The position numbers and the translations under genes are program-made. From NCBI GenBank assembly GCA_963813075.1, contig CAWEXU010000010.1, forward strand, positions 32,001 through 96,000: 64,000 nucleotides of DNA. The letters are read 5' to 3'. Below the pieces are notes generated by a model, which saw nothing but the letters and a program-made list of their open reading frames with translations, was not told where the DNA came from and made no database searches. Origin of the DNA: Methanotrichaceae archaeon (GTDB lineage Archaea; Halobacteriota; Methanosarcinia; Methanotrichales; Methanotrichaceae). Below, in pieces: positions 44,090 to 55,638 of the stretch; position 1 is the stretch's first letter; every line of letters starts with the position of its first letter.

Positions 44090-44207
44090 TCTCTTTCCTT
44101 TGGAGAAGAGATTGTCTCATCTCTAGATATCCAGATTCCTGCAAGCGTAAACTTAATAATTGATGTAAACCTATTCTCAATAAGAAGGTGAATATAGAGG
44201 GTAGATT

Positions 44208-44625
44208 ATGTTCACAAGGTCTAAAGATTGCATTTTGGTTGCAGCGATCCTCATAACCATGGCTTTAGCAGAGGGAGAGCAATACACGGTGGATATATCC
44301 CCGGAAGGGTATTTGACTACCAGCGATAAAATGACCTTATATTATTCCCTTAATGATGCTCCTGGCAATGGCATCAGCAATTGCATGGGCGAATGCTCTT
44401 CGTTATGGCCTCCATTCTATGCCGATCAAATTCTGGTGCCCTCCGCACTTAGCACCACCGACTTCACAACCATATCCAGGACCGATGGCAAGATGCAGAC
44501 GGCATACAGGGGATGGCCTCTATACAGGTATATCGAAGACAAAAAGCCTAAAGATGCCAATGGGGATAAAGTAAACTCTATCTGGTTTGTTATTTATCCA
44601 ACAAAATTCCCTCCTGGCGTAATTC
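44208..44625 (+). CDS. Secreted Lipoprotein_15 repeat protein (copy 2); stop codon probably obscured by an indel near 44615
   Basis: [27 protein letters not shown]; similarity ends at KFPP while the ORF runs on to 44855. Confidence 0.8.
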
Positions 44626-44664
44626 TGCAGGCTCAAGATGCAGGCTCAAGATGCAGGCTCAAGA
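44626..44664. repeat. 13-nt tandem repeat x3 (TGCAGGCTCAAGA)
   Basis: Directly visible. Confidence 0.9.
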
Positions 44665-44745
44665 GGTCTATACGAATAGATCGCCTGGGCTTGCATGCAA
44701 AAATTTATAATCAATCAGCTTTATCTTTAAGTGGAAGGCAGGCCT

Positions 44746-45237
44746 ATGTGGACAAGGAACGGACTTTGCATCCTGGTTGCATTGATCACCACAGTGATCA
44801 TCACTTCTATCGCCTTTGCATCAGAAGAGGATTATACTGTAAAGCTCTCCTCTGAAAGATATATGACTGATGAGGATGGAATGACTTTATATTATTCTCT
44901 TAATGATGCTCCTGGTAATGGTATTAGCAATTGTATGGGCGATTGTTCTTCATTATGGCCTCCGTTCTACACAGATCTGATTCGAGTGCCATCAGTGCTC
45001 AGCACATCCAGCTTCGATACTACATCCAGAATCGATGGCAGTTACCAGACGGCATATAAGGGGTGGCCGCTATATCGCTGCAGCAAAGACGAAAAGCCTG
45101 GTGATACCAATGGCGACGGTGAAAAAGGCATCTGGTTTGTGGTGGACCCAATAAAATTCCCTCCGGCTTATGGCGGATCATATGGCTCAAATACCTGGCT
45201 ATTTTACATCAGGTCCATCCTGAATAAATTTGATTAA
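44746..45237 (+). CDS. Secreted Lipoprotein_15 repeat protein (copy 3, tandem paralogue)
   Basis: Shares [29 protein letters not shown] with copy 2. Confidence 0.85.
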   Translation: MWTRNGLCILVALITTVIITSIAFASEEDYTVKLSSERYMTDEDGMTLYYSLNDAPGNGISNCMGDCSSLWPPFYTDLIRVPSVLSTSSFDTTSRIDGSYQTAYKGWPLYRCSKDEKPGDTNGDGEKGIWFVVDPIKFPPAYGGSYGSNTWLFYIRSILNKFD

Positions 45238-45260
45238 GGGCCATTCTGGTTCATATCAAA

Positions 45261-45470
45261 AATGCTTTTCGGGCGGTAGAACGGATAGATGCAGGCATCA
45301 CCTATGTCAATGCTCCCACCATTAGTGCGGAGATCCACCTGCCGTTCGGCGGGACCAAAGCCAGCGGAAACGGGACTGGAGGCCGGGACCATAGCCATAG
45401 ATGAGTTCACCGATCTGAAGACCATCTACTTCGATTACGCGACCGGCTGCAAAAGGCGCAGATAGACACC
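45261..45470 (+). pseudogene. Aldehyde dehydrogenase C-terminal remnant
   Basis: [37 protein letters not shown] / [20 protein letters not shown] / RLQKAQID across frameshifts; not in the ORF track. Confidence 0.8.
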
Positions 45471-45572
45471 CAGGTGGTGGAATGAGAAAATAGGCAAAGA
45501 ATGGCATTGCAGTGCATCTAATACATCTATTATAAATTCCAGGGCAGCGAATATTATGCTGGTGATTTTCCC

Positions 45573-46274
45573 ATGGTGGCGACGGTAATTGAGGATCCCA
45601 GCCTCAGGAATAGATGCGGCGTCTTTCAGGATCGGCATGAAGCAGGAGAGCTTCTGGCCAGAGCCCTGGAGAGCTTCAGAGGAAAAGATGCCATCGTCCT
45701 TGCCATACCCTCAGGTGGCGTTCCCATCGGCCTGGCCATAGCCACTCATCTGGATCTGCCTTTCGACCTATTCATCGTAAGAAAGCTTCCCATTCCTGGC
45801 AATCCCGAAGCCGGCTTCGGAGCGATAAGCCTGGAAGGGGACGTAGTCCTCAATCATGCGATGGTCAGGATGCTGGGCCTGAGCGATACGGAGATCGAAG
45901 AGCAGGCAGATTCGGTTAGAGTTGAATTGAGGGCCAGAGAGCGCATATTTCGAGGGAAGAGGCCCCCTCTGGACTTGCGGGGAAGGACGGTCATACTGAC
46001 CGACGACGGACTGGCATCCGGTTACACTATGATGGCCGCTGTCCGCATGGTCCGAAGACAGAAGCCCCACGAGATCGTCCTCGCCGTACCCACAGCATCC
46101 CTAAGTACAATCGATCTGCTGGCCAGGGAGGTGGACAGGATCATCTGTCTCAATGTTCGAACGGGCAGCTATTTTGCGGTGGCCGAAGCCTACAGGAACT
46201 GGCATGACCTTTCCCGAGAAGAGGTTGTGGATCTATTAAGAGCGCATAAGTTTTTGGCCGATGACCTGGAATGA
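45573..46274 (+). CDS. Phosphoribosyltransferase (COG1926 type)
   Basis: FQDRHEAG, LAIPSGGVP, VRKL..P.NPE, VILTDDGLASG.T. Confidence 0.9.
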   Translation: MVATVIEDPSLRNRCGVFQDRHEAGELLARALESFRGKDAIVLAIPSGGVPIGLAIATHLDLPFDLFIVRKLPIPGNPEAGFGAISLEGDVVLNHAMVRMLGLSDTEIEEQADSVRVELRARERIFRGKRPPLDLRGRTVILTDDGLASGYTMMAAVRMVRRQKPHEIVLAVPTASLSTIDLLAREVDRIICLNVRTGSYFAVAEAYRNWHDLSREEVVDLLRAHKFLADDLE

Positions 46275-46431
46275 GGCCGATGACCTGGAATGCGTCGAAT
46301 GAGAGGGCTAATCCCGGGAAAAAGGTCGAACTTTTTTTCAGCCGGGATATAAGAGGCTCTATACGGGATTTCTATTTTCCTATGCAGGCCTGGAAAGTAA
46401 TGGCAAGCAATAAAATATTACCGGAGCCAGA

Positions 46432-46716
46432 TCAGCTCTCAAGACGCCTCTCGGCTAAATATGCCCTGGCTTTCATGGGATCACAAGCCAGCTCATCAAT
46501 CCGGTTCTCGGACATCTGCCAGAGGATATCGTCCGCCTCGGCCACTTCATCTCTCTCCTGCCACCAGGAGAGGCAGGCTTCAGCAGCCAGCCTGCAGGCG
46601 TCTTCATCCGTCAAATGCAGCGATGCACAGTACGCCTCGCCCACGCATGCACTCGCAAGGGCCCTGGTACAAAGGTCACAGGTCATTTTGACACCTTTTT
46701 TGGTAATGGCATTCAT
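46432..46716 (-). CDS. Cys-rich hypothetical protein
   Basis: 94-aa ORF co-oriented with 46740-47213. Confidence 0.5.
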   Translation of the reverse strand: MNAITKKGVKMTCDLCTRALASACVGEAYCASLHLTDEDACRLAAEACLSWWQERDEVAEADDILWQMSENRIDELACDPMKARAYLAERRLES

Positions 46717-46739
46717 GGATCATAATTAGCCTCAGCTGT

Positions 46740-47213
46740 CTATAGATCTTCAGCCGCAATTGAGCATCGTTGTTTGGCGCTGAATAGATCGCACAGTATT
46801 TGGTAATCGCTCACAGGAAAGCGGATGGATATGGATAATGTAAATCCGCATGCTTGTGAGGGGTTCAATTCTACAGTACCCGACTCCTGGTCAATGTATT
46901 CTCTCACATCGTGAGGATGGCCGGTATATTGCCAGCCTCCATTTAAACCCATAATTCTGGGGTACAGCCAGTTATGGGCTCCAGGGTTGTTAATGGGATC
47001 AAAACCCGACACTATGCCTGCTAAAAATGCTTCTGCATCTTCGGCAGCGAGAAACTCGATCCATATGATGCCCGGCTTATTTTCTTGACAGGAATTGCAG
47101 GTGATGATACCGCAGCTCCAGATGGCTTCCAGCAGGGGTGCTATCCTTTCGTCCACCTCGATCATCGTGTTCGATCTAGGGTCGTGAATTGCGGTTTGCT
47201 TGTGCTCAGTCAA
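46740..47213 (-). CDS. Hypothetical protein (VDE.I.PL...GI.T.NSCQ motif)
   Basis: 157-aa ORF; AGGA upstream. Confidence 0.6.
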   Translation of the reverse strand: MTEHKQTAIHDPRSNTMIEVDERIAPLLEAIWSCGIITCNSCQENKPGIIWIEFLAAEDAEAFLAGIVSGFDPINNPGAHNWLYPRIMGLNGGWQYTGHPHDVREYIDQESGTVELNPSQACGFTLSISIRFPVSDYQILCDLFSAKQRCSIAAEDL

Positions 47214-47459
47214 AATCCTTTAGCTCCTTTCATGAAAGCCTCTTTTCTTTGCACTATTATTAATCATCATAAATTAACATCATAATTACCATCTTAAATC
47301 CATCTCCCCTGCAGATGCATAAGTTTAGCTTATGCAGAGGTAACAGCTGCTAACTGCCAAAGCTGCAAATTGCCAAAAAGTTTAAAATCTGAAGGGCAGG
47401 TTGACGCCCCACCTGGCCGATTTATAGACGCAATTTCGGCCAGAACAGATATATCTAGT

Positions 47460-47663
47460 TCAGTACCTTCCAGAAGACCTGGCAGGTCTGTGCTTCTGGT
47501 AGCAATCGCTGCAATAAACGGGTCGTGATCCATCCGGCTTGAATGGAACCTGGGTTTGCTTGCCGCATTCTGAGCAAGTTACGTCTGTCATTTCTCTCGG
47601 GCCACTGTTGTAGCCACCGCGACTGCCGGAGCTACCGCTGTTTTCGTATTTTCTCTCAAACAT
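47460..47663 (-). CDS. CxxC-x17-CxxC zinc-ribbon protein (copy 2)
   Basis: REMTDVTCSECG..VPFKPDGSRPVYCSDCYQKH. Confidence 0.9.
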   Translation of the reverse strand: MFERKYENSGSSGSRGGYNSGPREMTDVTCSECGKQTQVPFKPDGSRPVYCSDCYQKHRPARSSGRY

Positions 47664-47929
47664 TTTATTTCACGTACCTTTTGGATCGACTCAAAAGAAT
47701 CGAACTCGCTACAAAAGACATCTCAACAAATCTCTTCGAATCGATGAAAATGTAACATCCCTTATAAGATCAATCAGGATGATATACCTGTCGGTAGAAT
47801 TATGAAATCAGCGGAGGAAATTATGATACATTGAATTGATATACTCGAAGATATGTGGTGAGGAAATATCTGAAATACGGGGTCTGCTTTGGCAACTGAG
47901 GTAATTTCCCCGGCGAGAAGGATTAAAGC

Positions 47930-50338
47930 ATGAACGATCTGGATGGACTCTCATACGCCGAAGCGGCGGAGCGGCAAAAGCAATACGGCCCCAATGCATT
48001 GCCCGAGACTAAAAATCGTTTTTTGCGGCTCATTCTGCGCCAGTTTTCCGGAATCTTCAATCTGCTCCTCTTAGGTGCAGCGGCGGTAACCTTTGCATTG
48101 GGCGAGGTTATTGACGGGACATTTATCCTATTTTTTGTGTTCCTTGGAACTGCACTGAATGTGTATCAGGAGTACAAATCAAATGCTGCAGCGGACAAGC
48201 TGAAATCCTATTTTGTTCGCTCGATTACCGTTCGGCGGGATGGCAAAGATCAAGAGGTCCCTGTGGCCGAGATCGTCCCGGGAGATATCCTGAACCTGGA
48301 ATCCGGTGATATCGTCCCTGCGGATGCCATTGTTCGAAGGGCGCACAATTTGCTGGTCGACGAGACGACCTTTACCGGCGAGAGTATTCCTGTATCCAAA
48401 CTGGCTGCCGATTCGTCAATAAAGGAAGAGGACGATGATCACCGCCTCATGCAGGGTGTGGTGATTGTGCGCGGCAATGCCCTGGCCGAGGTCACTGCTA
48501 CCGGCGAGAAAACCCGGTTTGCGGCAATTGCCAGGACCGCTTCCGAGGTTCAGGCGGAAAGCGAGCTCACAAAGGGCATCGACCGTATCAGCACCTTTAT
48601 TCTGCGAACCACTATCATCACCCTGCTGTTTGTCGTCCTGGCAAATGTGCTGATCGAGGGCAAGGGCACGGATATTCCCCAGCTTCTAGTCTTCGCTATC
48701 GCCCTTGCGGTATCGGTCATTCCCGAGGCCCTGCCCCTGGTCCTGACATTTTCCCTCTCTCGCGGCGCCCTGCAGCTGGCCAAGAGGGATGTGATCGTCA
48801 AACGTCTCTCCTCTGTGCAGGACCTGGGATCAGTGAACCTCTTGTGCACTGACAAGACCGGCACCATTACCGAGAACCGTCTGGTCCATAAGGGAGATTA
48901 CATGGACCCGGACTCCCGCTACCATCCGCTGCTTTTAGCCCGCCTGGCAGCTCACGGCCTTATAGAGAGCAATCCGGAGCCATTTGACCGGGCCACTGAC
49001 GAGGCCCTCACCCCTGAGCAGAAAAAAGAGCTGGAAGACTTCCAGATCCTGCAAGAAGAGGCATTCGATCCCAGTCTACGCAGCAATGGATCGATATTGA
49101 GGCTGAAAGACGGCTCACAGCTTCACATCCGCCGGGGCAGCCCGGAGTACTTCTTCGAGCAGGGATTGATCGACAGGGAGCATCTTGGACCCTGGCTGGA
49201 GGACGAGGAGAGGCATGGCAGGAGGGTTTTGGGCGTCAGCTATGATGATGGCCGCGGACCTAAATTCGCCGGTTTTGTCTCTTTTGTCGATAGCCTGAAG
49301 GCCACGACAATCGAGACCATCGAGCTGGCCAGACAGCTGAATGTGGCCATCACGATCATCACCGGCGATGCCCTGAAGGTGGCGGAAGCAGTGGGCTGGG
49401 AGGCCGGGCTGGTAGCAAGCAGCGATGAGGTCATGAGGGCGCAGGATTTTTTGGCTCTCCCCACTCAGGAGAGGCACAAACTCATTGGCAAAATTCGTGT
49501 CTTCGCCCGCACCACTCCCGAGCAGAAGCTGGAGCTGATAGAGCTGCTCAAAGAGCAGTATACAGTCGGCTTTCTGGGAGAGGGGATTAACGATGCTCCC
49601 GCTCTAAAGGCGGCGCATGTCTCGATGGTGGTTCAATCGGCTGCAGACGTGGCCAGGGAGACGGCAGACATCGTGCTGGTAAAAAACGACCTGAGGGTCA
49701 TAGTCGATGGCATTCGTTTCGGGCGGGAGACACACGCCAACACCCTGAAATACATCCGGGCGACGCTTGTCTCCAACTTCGGCAACTTCTATGCCGTGGC
49801 CATAGGATCGCTATTAATCACCTTTTTGCCTATGCTGCCAAAGCAGCTGTTGCTACTCAATCTCCTATCGGATTTTCCGATGATGGCAATCGCCTTTGAC
49901 CGGGTATCCGCACAGGAGGTGTCCCGGGCGCAAAGCTATGATTTCCGATCGCTGTACATCACCTTTGTCACCTTGGGTTTGATCAGCACAGTCTTCGATT
50001 TCATATACTTCGGCCTGTTCTATCGCATTTCGCCGCAGGTCCTGCAGACCAACTGGTTCATCGCCAGCGTGATCACCGAACTGCTGCTTATGGTATCTAT
50101 TCGGTCTATGCTGCCAATCGAGAAGGCTGGCTGGCCGGCGCCGATGGTTGTGCTCATATCAGCAGCGGCCTTTGTAATCACCCTGGCACTTCCAATGATA
50201 CCATGGACTGCCAGTCTCTTTGAGTTCACCAGGCCCACCTCAGCCCATTTGGCTATCATTATGGGCCTGGCTGTGCTCTACCTCATCACAACTGAGATTG
50301 CAAAAAGGCCGATTGCCCGTTTCTTGAACAAGAGCTGA
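47930..50338 (+). CDS. P-type ATPase, MgtA/P3-like
   Basis: TGES, PEALP, DKTGT, TGD, GEGINDAP, SNFGN, LNLLSD. Confidence 0.85.
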   Translation: MNDLDGLSYAEAAERQKQYGPNALPETKNRFLRLILRQFSGIFNLLLLGAAAVTFALGEVIDGTFILFFVFLGTALNVYQEYKSNAAADKLKSYFVRSITVRRDGKDQEVPVAEIVPGDILNLESGDIVPADAIVRRAHNLLVDETTFTGESIPVSKLAADSSIKEEDDDHRLMQGVVIVRGNALAEVTATGEKTRFAAIARTASEVQAESELTKGIDRISTFILRTTIITLLFVVLANVLIEGKGTDIPQLLVFAIALAVSVIPEALPLVLTFSLSRGALQLAKRDVIVKRLSSVQDLGSVNLLCTDKTGTITENRLVHKGDYMDPDSRYHPLLLARLAAHGLIESNPEPFDRATDEALTPEQKKELEDFQILQEEAFDPSLRSNGSILRLKDGSQLHIRRGSPEYFFEQGLIDREHLGPWLEDEERHGRRVLGVSYDDGRGPKFAGFVSFVDSLKATTIETIELARQLNVAITIITGDALKVAEAVGWEAGLVASSDEVMRAQDFLALPTQERHKLIGKIRVFARTTPEQKLELIELLKEQYTVGFLGEGINDAPALKAAHVSMVVQSAADVARETADIVLVKNDLRVIVDGIRFGRETHANTLKYIRATLVSNFGNFYAVAIGSLLITFLPMLPKQLLLLNLLSDFPMMAIAFDRVSAQEVSRAQSYDFRSLYITFVTLGLISTVFDFIYFGLFYRISPQVLQTNWFIASVITELLLMVSIRSMLPIEKAGWPAPMVVLISAAAFVITLALPMIPWTASLFEFTRPTSAHLAIIMGLAVLYLITTEIAKRPIARFLNKS

Positions 50339-50440
50339 GCGACGGGGCCAGCCGGCTCAGCTCAGCTGGCCTTGGACCATAGACCTCTGCTCTTTTCAGC
50401 TCTTTTGGGGCTGGCAGAGGTCCTTTACCCCATTTCCATT

Positions 50441-50854
50441 TCACTCCCCCATTATCTGCACTACCACCTTCCGGTGACGATTGCGATTATCCAGCTCCAG
50501 GAAGACGATCTGCTGCCAGGTGCCCAGCATAAGCTTCCGACCGCTGAAGGGCACCACCAGGCTGGGCCCGAGGAGCGAGGCGCGGATATGGGAGTGGCCG
50601 TTTCCATCATGCCAGCGCAGGTTATGGGCATAGTCCAGATCCTGGGGGGCAATTCTTTGCAGGGCATATCCCAGGTCTGCCACCAGACCATCCTCATACT
50701 CGATGGTGGTAACCGCTCCCGTCGCTCCGGGAACGAAGATCACCACCACTCCTGCGTTCAGGGAAGTGCTATCCAGATTGTTCTGCACCTTTGCGGTTAT
50801 GTCCACTATCTCGCCGCTATGGGTCTCAAAATCGATGTACTTTGTCTCGATCAT
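50441..50854 (-). CDS. yjbQ: YjbQ/UPF0047 family protein
   Basis: GNGHSHIRASLLGPS, LGTWQQI.F.E.D. Confidence 0.92.
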   Translation of the reverse strand: MIETKYIDFETHSGEIVDITAKVQNNLDSTSLNAGVVVIFVPGATGAVTTIEYEDGLVADLGYALQRIAPQDLDYAHNLRWHDGNGHSHIRASLLGPSLVVPFSGRKLMLGTWQQIVFLELDNRNRHRKVVVQIMGE

Positions 50855-50938
50855 GCTCGCTTCCACCAGATGGTGACCTGATTGGGGTCAAGATAATTGA
50901 TAAAAGAATGGTATAAATGATATGAAAGGGATAAAAGG

Positions 50939-51706
50939 TTAAAAGGAGGATGCAGAGCTGGATGATGAGCTCATGGATCCTCCACCAGACATCATGCTGG
51001 TTGATTCTTTTGTGCTTATTCTTCCTTTTAGCCCTTGAGGCGCAGAGAGCTGAACAGGAGTGGAGGGGGTTGAGCTTCCAGCTGCATTTCCTGTGGCATA
51101 TGCGCTTGATTCCTCTTTGGCATCTGCTGGCGGCTGCCTGAATATATTCGAGGAGACGGAAAATGTGACCTCTCCGGACCGGCTGGATCCGTCTGCCATA
51201 TAGGCGGTAAAGATGCCTGTTGAGAGAGAGGATAGGGATAGATTGAGCCGGTAAAGGTCCAGGACTCCCACGGGCATCACAATCAAGCTCAGCTTATCTC
51301 CTGATACCGAGCCGCTGACTGTGGCGGTTTTTGTTTCATTTCCTCTGGTTATCGCACCCTGGCCCATGACCATCTCATCATTCTGAACCAAATTCAGTAT
51401 CATCTGCTCTTGAGGAGTGCCGCCCAGTTCGATTGACCATGTGCCGGTCACATTCACATTGTCGATAGAATTAACCGCATCCGTTTCTGTTACAGGCCCG
51501 GCTGAAAAGGATGGTTGTTGGCGGTCAGGTTTGCTGATAGGATTGGACCCGGTTGTCACCCCTGCTCTCTCTGCAGCTAAAATAAGCTCTGGGGAAAGGG
51601 GCATGGACATCGATTCCCCCAGCTGGCCCGGATCGAGCGGGTCAGATGCCCCGGCTTGAGCCTGCACCAGCAAAAAGACTACCGTCATCATCCCAATCAA
51701 CAGCAT
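50939..51706 (-). CDS. Secreted hypothetical protein, Ser-rich C-terminus
   Basis: Signal peptide; beta-rich middle region. Confidence 0.65.
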   Translation of the reverse strand: MLLIGMMTVVFLLVQAQAGASDPLDPGQLGESMSMPLSPELILAAERAGVTTGSNPISKPDRQQPSFSAGPVTETDAVNSIDNVNVTGTWSIELGGTPQEQMILNLVQNDEMVMGQGAITRGNETKTATVSGSVSGDKLSLIVMPVGVLDLYRLNLSLSSLSTGIFTAYMADGSSRSGEVTFSVSSNIFRQPPADAKEESSAYATGNAAGSSTPSTPVQLSAPQGLKGRISTKESTSMMSGGGSMSSSSSSASSF

Positions 51707-52022
51707 ATGGCCTTTAGTATTGGCAAATCCAAATTCTGAACCATATTTTTTATGGTCAGAACACTCTATTTCCTTTGCACCACACATATTCTCAGAACCC
51801 AAACCCAGGATTCTGCTATTACTATATGACGATTTTGGTATAGCAAAATGTCGAAGATACTATCCCACCGCCGGCCGCTGCAAGTCTTCTAAAGGCTTGC
51901 GGGATCCGGACAGGCGACAAGCCGAAAACTCAGGAGGGCACTGGGCCGCTAAAAACACCCTGGAAGATCCTCCTCACATCTCCTCAGAACATTTCTATAC
52001 CTTGCAGCATAGCATCATTGTC

Positions 52023-52322
52023 ATGATAGTAGCCGAATTCTCCATGGTCCCCATGGGATCGGGAACCAGTGCCGGAGATTACATCAAAGCCGTACACGAC
52101 ATCCTGAAAGAGACTGGGGTTACGTTTATTCCCGGGCCGATGTCCACGGCAGTGCAGGCCAATAGCCTCCAGGAGCTCTTCGCGCTGGTGGAAAAGGCCA
52201 ATCACAGGCTTGTGCAGATGGGCGTCCAGAGGATAATCACCTCCATAAGAATAGACATGCGTTTGGACAGGGAGATCTCTCTGGAGTCCAAGCTGTCCCG
52301 ACTTGAGGCTGGCCAACAATAG
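52023..52322 (+). CDS. MTH1187/DUF77 thiamine-binding family protein
   Basis: MIVAEFSMVP.G, GPMST, RI.TSIRID.R.D. Confidence 0.88.
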   Translation: MIVAEFSMVPMGSGTSAGDYIKAVHDILKETGVTFIPGPMSTAVQANSLQELFALVEKANHRLVQMGVQRIITSIRIDMRLDREISLESKLSRLEAGQQ

Positions 52323-52551
52323 TCCCATGCCATTCGCGAAGATAGTTTTATCTTTGAATAGATATTAAGACACTGATGCCGATTTAGCCATGTGCTCAAC
52401 CAACTTTTTAAAATTATTTTTAATCAAATATATTTCCCAATGGAAAACTTTTTAATATTTCAGAGAGCAATGAGATGCAACAGTCTCCTCTGCCACTTGA
52501 TTATCCTGATAGGTGAGATCAAAATTATGCATTGAATGAGGCAAAATTATT

Positions 52552-55080
52552 ATGAAACCATTGCTGCAAAACCGGACCCCGACGATGGAATTCCATACAG
52601 ATGCCGATCAGGCAACTGAGCCCTTATCTTCAAATGAGCTGGATTGTGCCTATCGCTTAATCATCGAGTCCATGGATGAGGGAGCAGTCATACTTTCCGC
52701 GGAGGGGAATATTCTCTACTCCAACTGCCGCTTTGCGCAGATGGTGAAATCACCCCCTGAAGAATTGAACGGCTGCTATATCTTTAGCTTCATCTCGCCC
52801 ATAAGCCGGGCAGAGATTCAAAGACATGTGAACGGAGAGGATTCCGGATGGTGTGAGCTGTCTCTCCAGGCTCTTGACGGCAGCGTTCTCCCCGTCCTGA
52901 CAGTCATTCTTTCCCTATCAATCGGCAAACCAGATGCCCCCATGGTTGCCATTTTTAGGGATTTAACCTATCAGATGCAGACTGCTTGCCTGGCCGCAGC
53001 CGAAAGGCTGGCCCGTTCCATCATAGAGCAGGCAACAGAGGCCATTGTGGTCTGCGATGACGGGGGAAAAATCGTCAGAGCGAGCGATGTCGCCGCTCTG
53101 ATCTGTGGGCGGGACCCGGATGGGCTCTGCTTTGAGGAATCTTTCGATCTGCGCCAATCGAACGGAGAGCTCATCTCTCCAGTCAAGATCGCCCTTGAGG
53201 GAAGGATCATGCTCAAGTCCGAGGCCAGATTGCGTTGCTGCAATGGCAAGCTCTTTCAGTTGCTCGTGAGCGCCGGGCCACTGAGGGACTCCAGGGAAGA
53301 GGTCATTGGGTGCGTAATCACCCTCTTTGACATCACTGAGCAGAAGGTGATGGAAGACGAGCTGCGACGGGCGCGGGACGAGCTGGAAACGAGGGTCGGG
53401 GAGAGGACGGCCGCCCTGTCACAGGCTAAAGAGGAGCTGGAACGCACAAATGAGGATCTGCTCATTGAGATCGAGGAGCATAAAGAGACGGAGCGCGCCC
53501 TGATCAGAGCGAAAGAGGCGGCGGAAGCGGCTGCCCAGGCCAAGTCCGACTTCATGGCCAATATGAGCCACGAGATTCGAACCCCCATGAATGCGATCAT
53601 CGGGATGACCTCTATCCTGATCGATGATGAGGATCTCAACTCTGAGCAGAGGGATTTTATAGAGACCATCCGGGTCAATGGTGATGCTCTGATGGTGATC
53701 ATCAATGATATCCTGGACTTTTCCAAGATGGAGAGCGAAAAGGCGGTCCTGGAGGAGCAGCCCTTCGAGCTGCGAGGCAATCTCGAAGAGGCTTTCGGCC
53801 TCGTCTCGGCCAGAGCCAGGGATAAGGACCTGAAGCTGAGCTATGTGATAAGCGAGAATGTGCCTGAGCATATCATCGCCGACCCCAACAGGCTGCGCCA
53901 GATCCTGGGAAACCTGCTTCATAATGCCATCAAATTCACTGAACAGGGCGAGGTAAAGCTATCCGTGTGGGCAGAGGAGGCTTTTGAATCAGGCTCAGCA
54001 TCTGGATCATATGAGGTCCATTTTTCGGTCCAGGATACGGGAATAGGCATCCGAGAGGATCAAATGAACCTCCTCTTTCAGCCATTTTCCCAGGTCGATG
54101 CCACAGTCACCCGCGAGTATGGAGGAACGGGCCTGGGACTGGCCATCAGCAAGAAGCTGGTGGAGATGATGGGGGGAGAGATCTGGGTGGAAAGCCAGAT
54201 CGGCAGGGGTTCGACCTTTCACTTCTCCATCCGGGCGGATGCCGCCCAGGAAGGTCAGAGCTCATTGATCGGGGTCCAGCCCCACCTGGCAGGAAAGAGC
54301 GTTCTGATCGTGGAGGATAACCGGGCCTGTCGCCATATACTGGGAGGTTATGCCTACTCCTGGGGAATGTCGCCTCTGATTGCCGCTTCGGCTAAGGATG
54401 CGCTCCGGTGGATTCAAAGAGGGGACCGATTTGATGTCGCCATCCTGGATTTCAACATGCCACAGATGGATGGAATGACGGTGGCAAACGAGATCCGGAA
54501 ATACGATAAGTCCATTCCACTGATCATGTTGACCTCCATGGGCCAGCAATTAAGCTCAGGCATCTTCGATGCCCACCTGTTCAAGCCCATAAAGCCGTCT
54601 CAATTGCATAAGATCCTGACCCAAATCTTCGTAATCCGGGAGAGCCAAAAGCCGGCCAGGCCTCACCGGGGGGATGAGGAGGAAAAGGTCCAGATCAAAC
54701 ACCTCAAGATACTGCTGGCTGAGGACAATGTATCCAGCCAGAAGGTGGCGCTTCAGATGCTCAAGCACCTGGGCTACCGGGCAGATGTGGCGGCAAATGG
54801 CATTGAGGTGCTGCAGGCACTTGAACGCCAGCCTTATGATCTGGTGTTCATGGATGTCAGGATGCCGGAGATGAACGGCCTGGAGGCCACCAGCATCATC
54901 CGCCAGCGCTGGCCGGATAGCGGCCCCTCAATAATCGCAATTACCGCTTATGCTCTGGAAGGAGATCGGGAGAAGTGCCTCGATGCGGGCATGGACGGAT
55001 ATATCAAAAAGCCCATCAGAATAGAGGATCTGCTAGAGCAACTGAGCGGCATAGAGCCCAGGTGTTGTGACAGTGATTGA
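52552..55080 (+). CDS. Hybrid sensor histidine kinase PAS-PAS-HisKA-HATPase-REC-REC
   Basis: [28 protein letters not shown]; two receiver domains. Confidence 0.95.
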   Translation: MKPLLQNRTPTMEFHTDADQATEPLSSNELDCAYRLIIESMDEGAVILSAEGNILYSNCRFAQMVKSPPEELNGCYIFSFISPISRAEIQRHVNGEDSGWCELSLQALDGSVLPVLTVILSLSIGKPDAPMVAIFRDLTYQMQTACLAAAERLARSIIEQATEAIVVCDDGGKIVRASDVAALICGRDPDGLCFEESFDLRQSNGELISPVKIALEGRIMLKSEARLRCCNGKLFQLLVSAGPLRDSREEVIGCVITLFDITEQKVMEDELRRARDELETRVGERTAALSQAKEELERTNEDLLIEIEEHKETERALIRAKEAAEAAAQAKSDFMANMSHEIRTPMNAIIGMTSILIDDEDLNSEQRDFIETIRVNGDALMVIINDILDFSKMESEKAVLEEQPFELRGNLEEAFGLVSARARDKDLKLSYVISENVPEHIIADPNRLRQILGNLLHNAIKFTEQGEVKLSVWAEEAFESGSASGSYEVHFSVQDTGIGIREDQMNLLFQPFSQVDATVTREYGGTGLGLAISKKLVEMMGGEIWVESQIGRGSTFHFSIRADAAQEGQSSLIGVQPHLAGKSVLIVEDNRACRHILGGYAYSWGMSPLIAASAKDALRWIQRGDRFDVAILDFNMPQMDGMTVANEIRKYDKSIPLIMLTSMGQQLSSGIFDAHLFKPIKPSQLHKILTQIFVIRESQKPARPHRGDEEEKVQIKHLKILLAEDNVSSQKVALQMLKHLGYRADVAANGIEVLQALERQPYDLVFMDVRMPEMNGLEATSIIRQRWPDSGPSIIAITAYALEGDREKCLDAGMDGYIKKPIRIEDLLEQLSGIEPRCCDSD

Positions 55081-55134
55081 TGACAGTGATAATTGAGAGA
55101 AAATGATACATACCTCCGGCGCAAACCTGGGATT

Positions 55135-55614
55135 ATGATGAATTCGGCTCGAACGATCTATATGACTACATCGATTCTCATTCTCCTGGCCTGTGCAGCC
55201 GCTTCCGCCATCTCTTCAACAGATCCAGTATGCCCAAATGAAACAACTCAGTGCAATGGAAGCTGCATTAATGAGACCATTCCCTGCAATCAGACCTGTC
55301 CGGATGGCGCAATTCTGTGCAATGGAACATGTGTCGATACATCAACAGAAGCTCAGAACTGCGGAGAATGCGGAAATGTATGCTCTTTGGGCACGTTCTG
55401 CATCAAGGGAAATTGCAGCTGCATGGCGGGTCTGGTCCTGTGCAATAAGACCTGCACGGACACGAGCATCGATCCACGGAACTGTGGTGAATGCGGAAAC
55501 GTCTGTCCGGGATTTGCGATCTGCAATCAGGGAGCCTGTTCGAATGCGCCCCCCGAGATATGCATCGATGGCGATTGTTCTTATCCGATCATTGTCCAGC
55601 ACCGGAGGCTATGA
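55135..55614 (+). CDS. Secreted Cys-rich protein with Stig1-like repeats
   Basis: Two repeats C..TC.DTS....NCGECGNVC.....C..G.C. Confidence 0.75.
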   Translation: MMNSARTIYMTTSILILLACAAASAISSTDPVCPNETTQCNGSCINETIPCNQTCPDGAILCNGTCVDTSTEAQNCGECGNVCSLGTFCIKGNCSCMAGLVLCNKTCTDTSIDPRNCGECGNVCPGFAICNQGACSNAPPEICIDGDCSYPIIVQHRRL

Positions 55615-55638
55615 AGCTGATAGTTCATGTTACAATCG

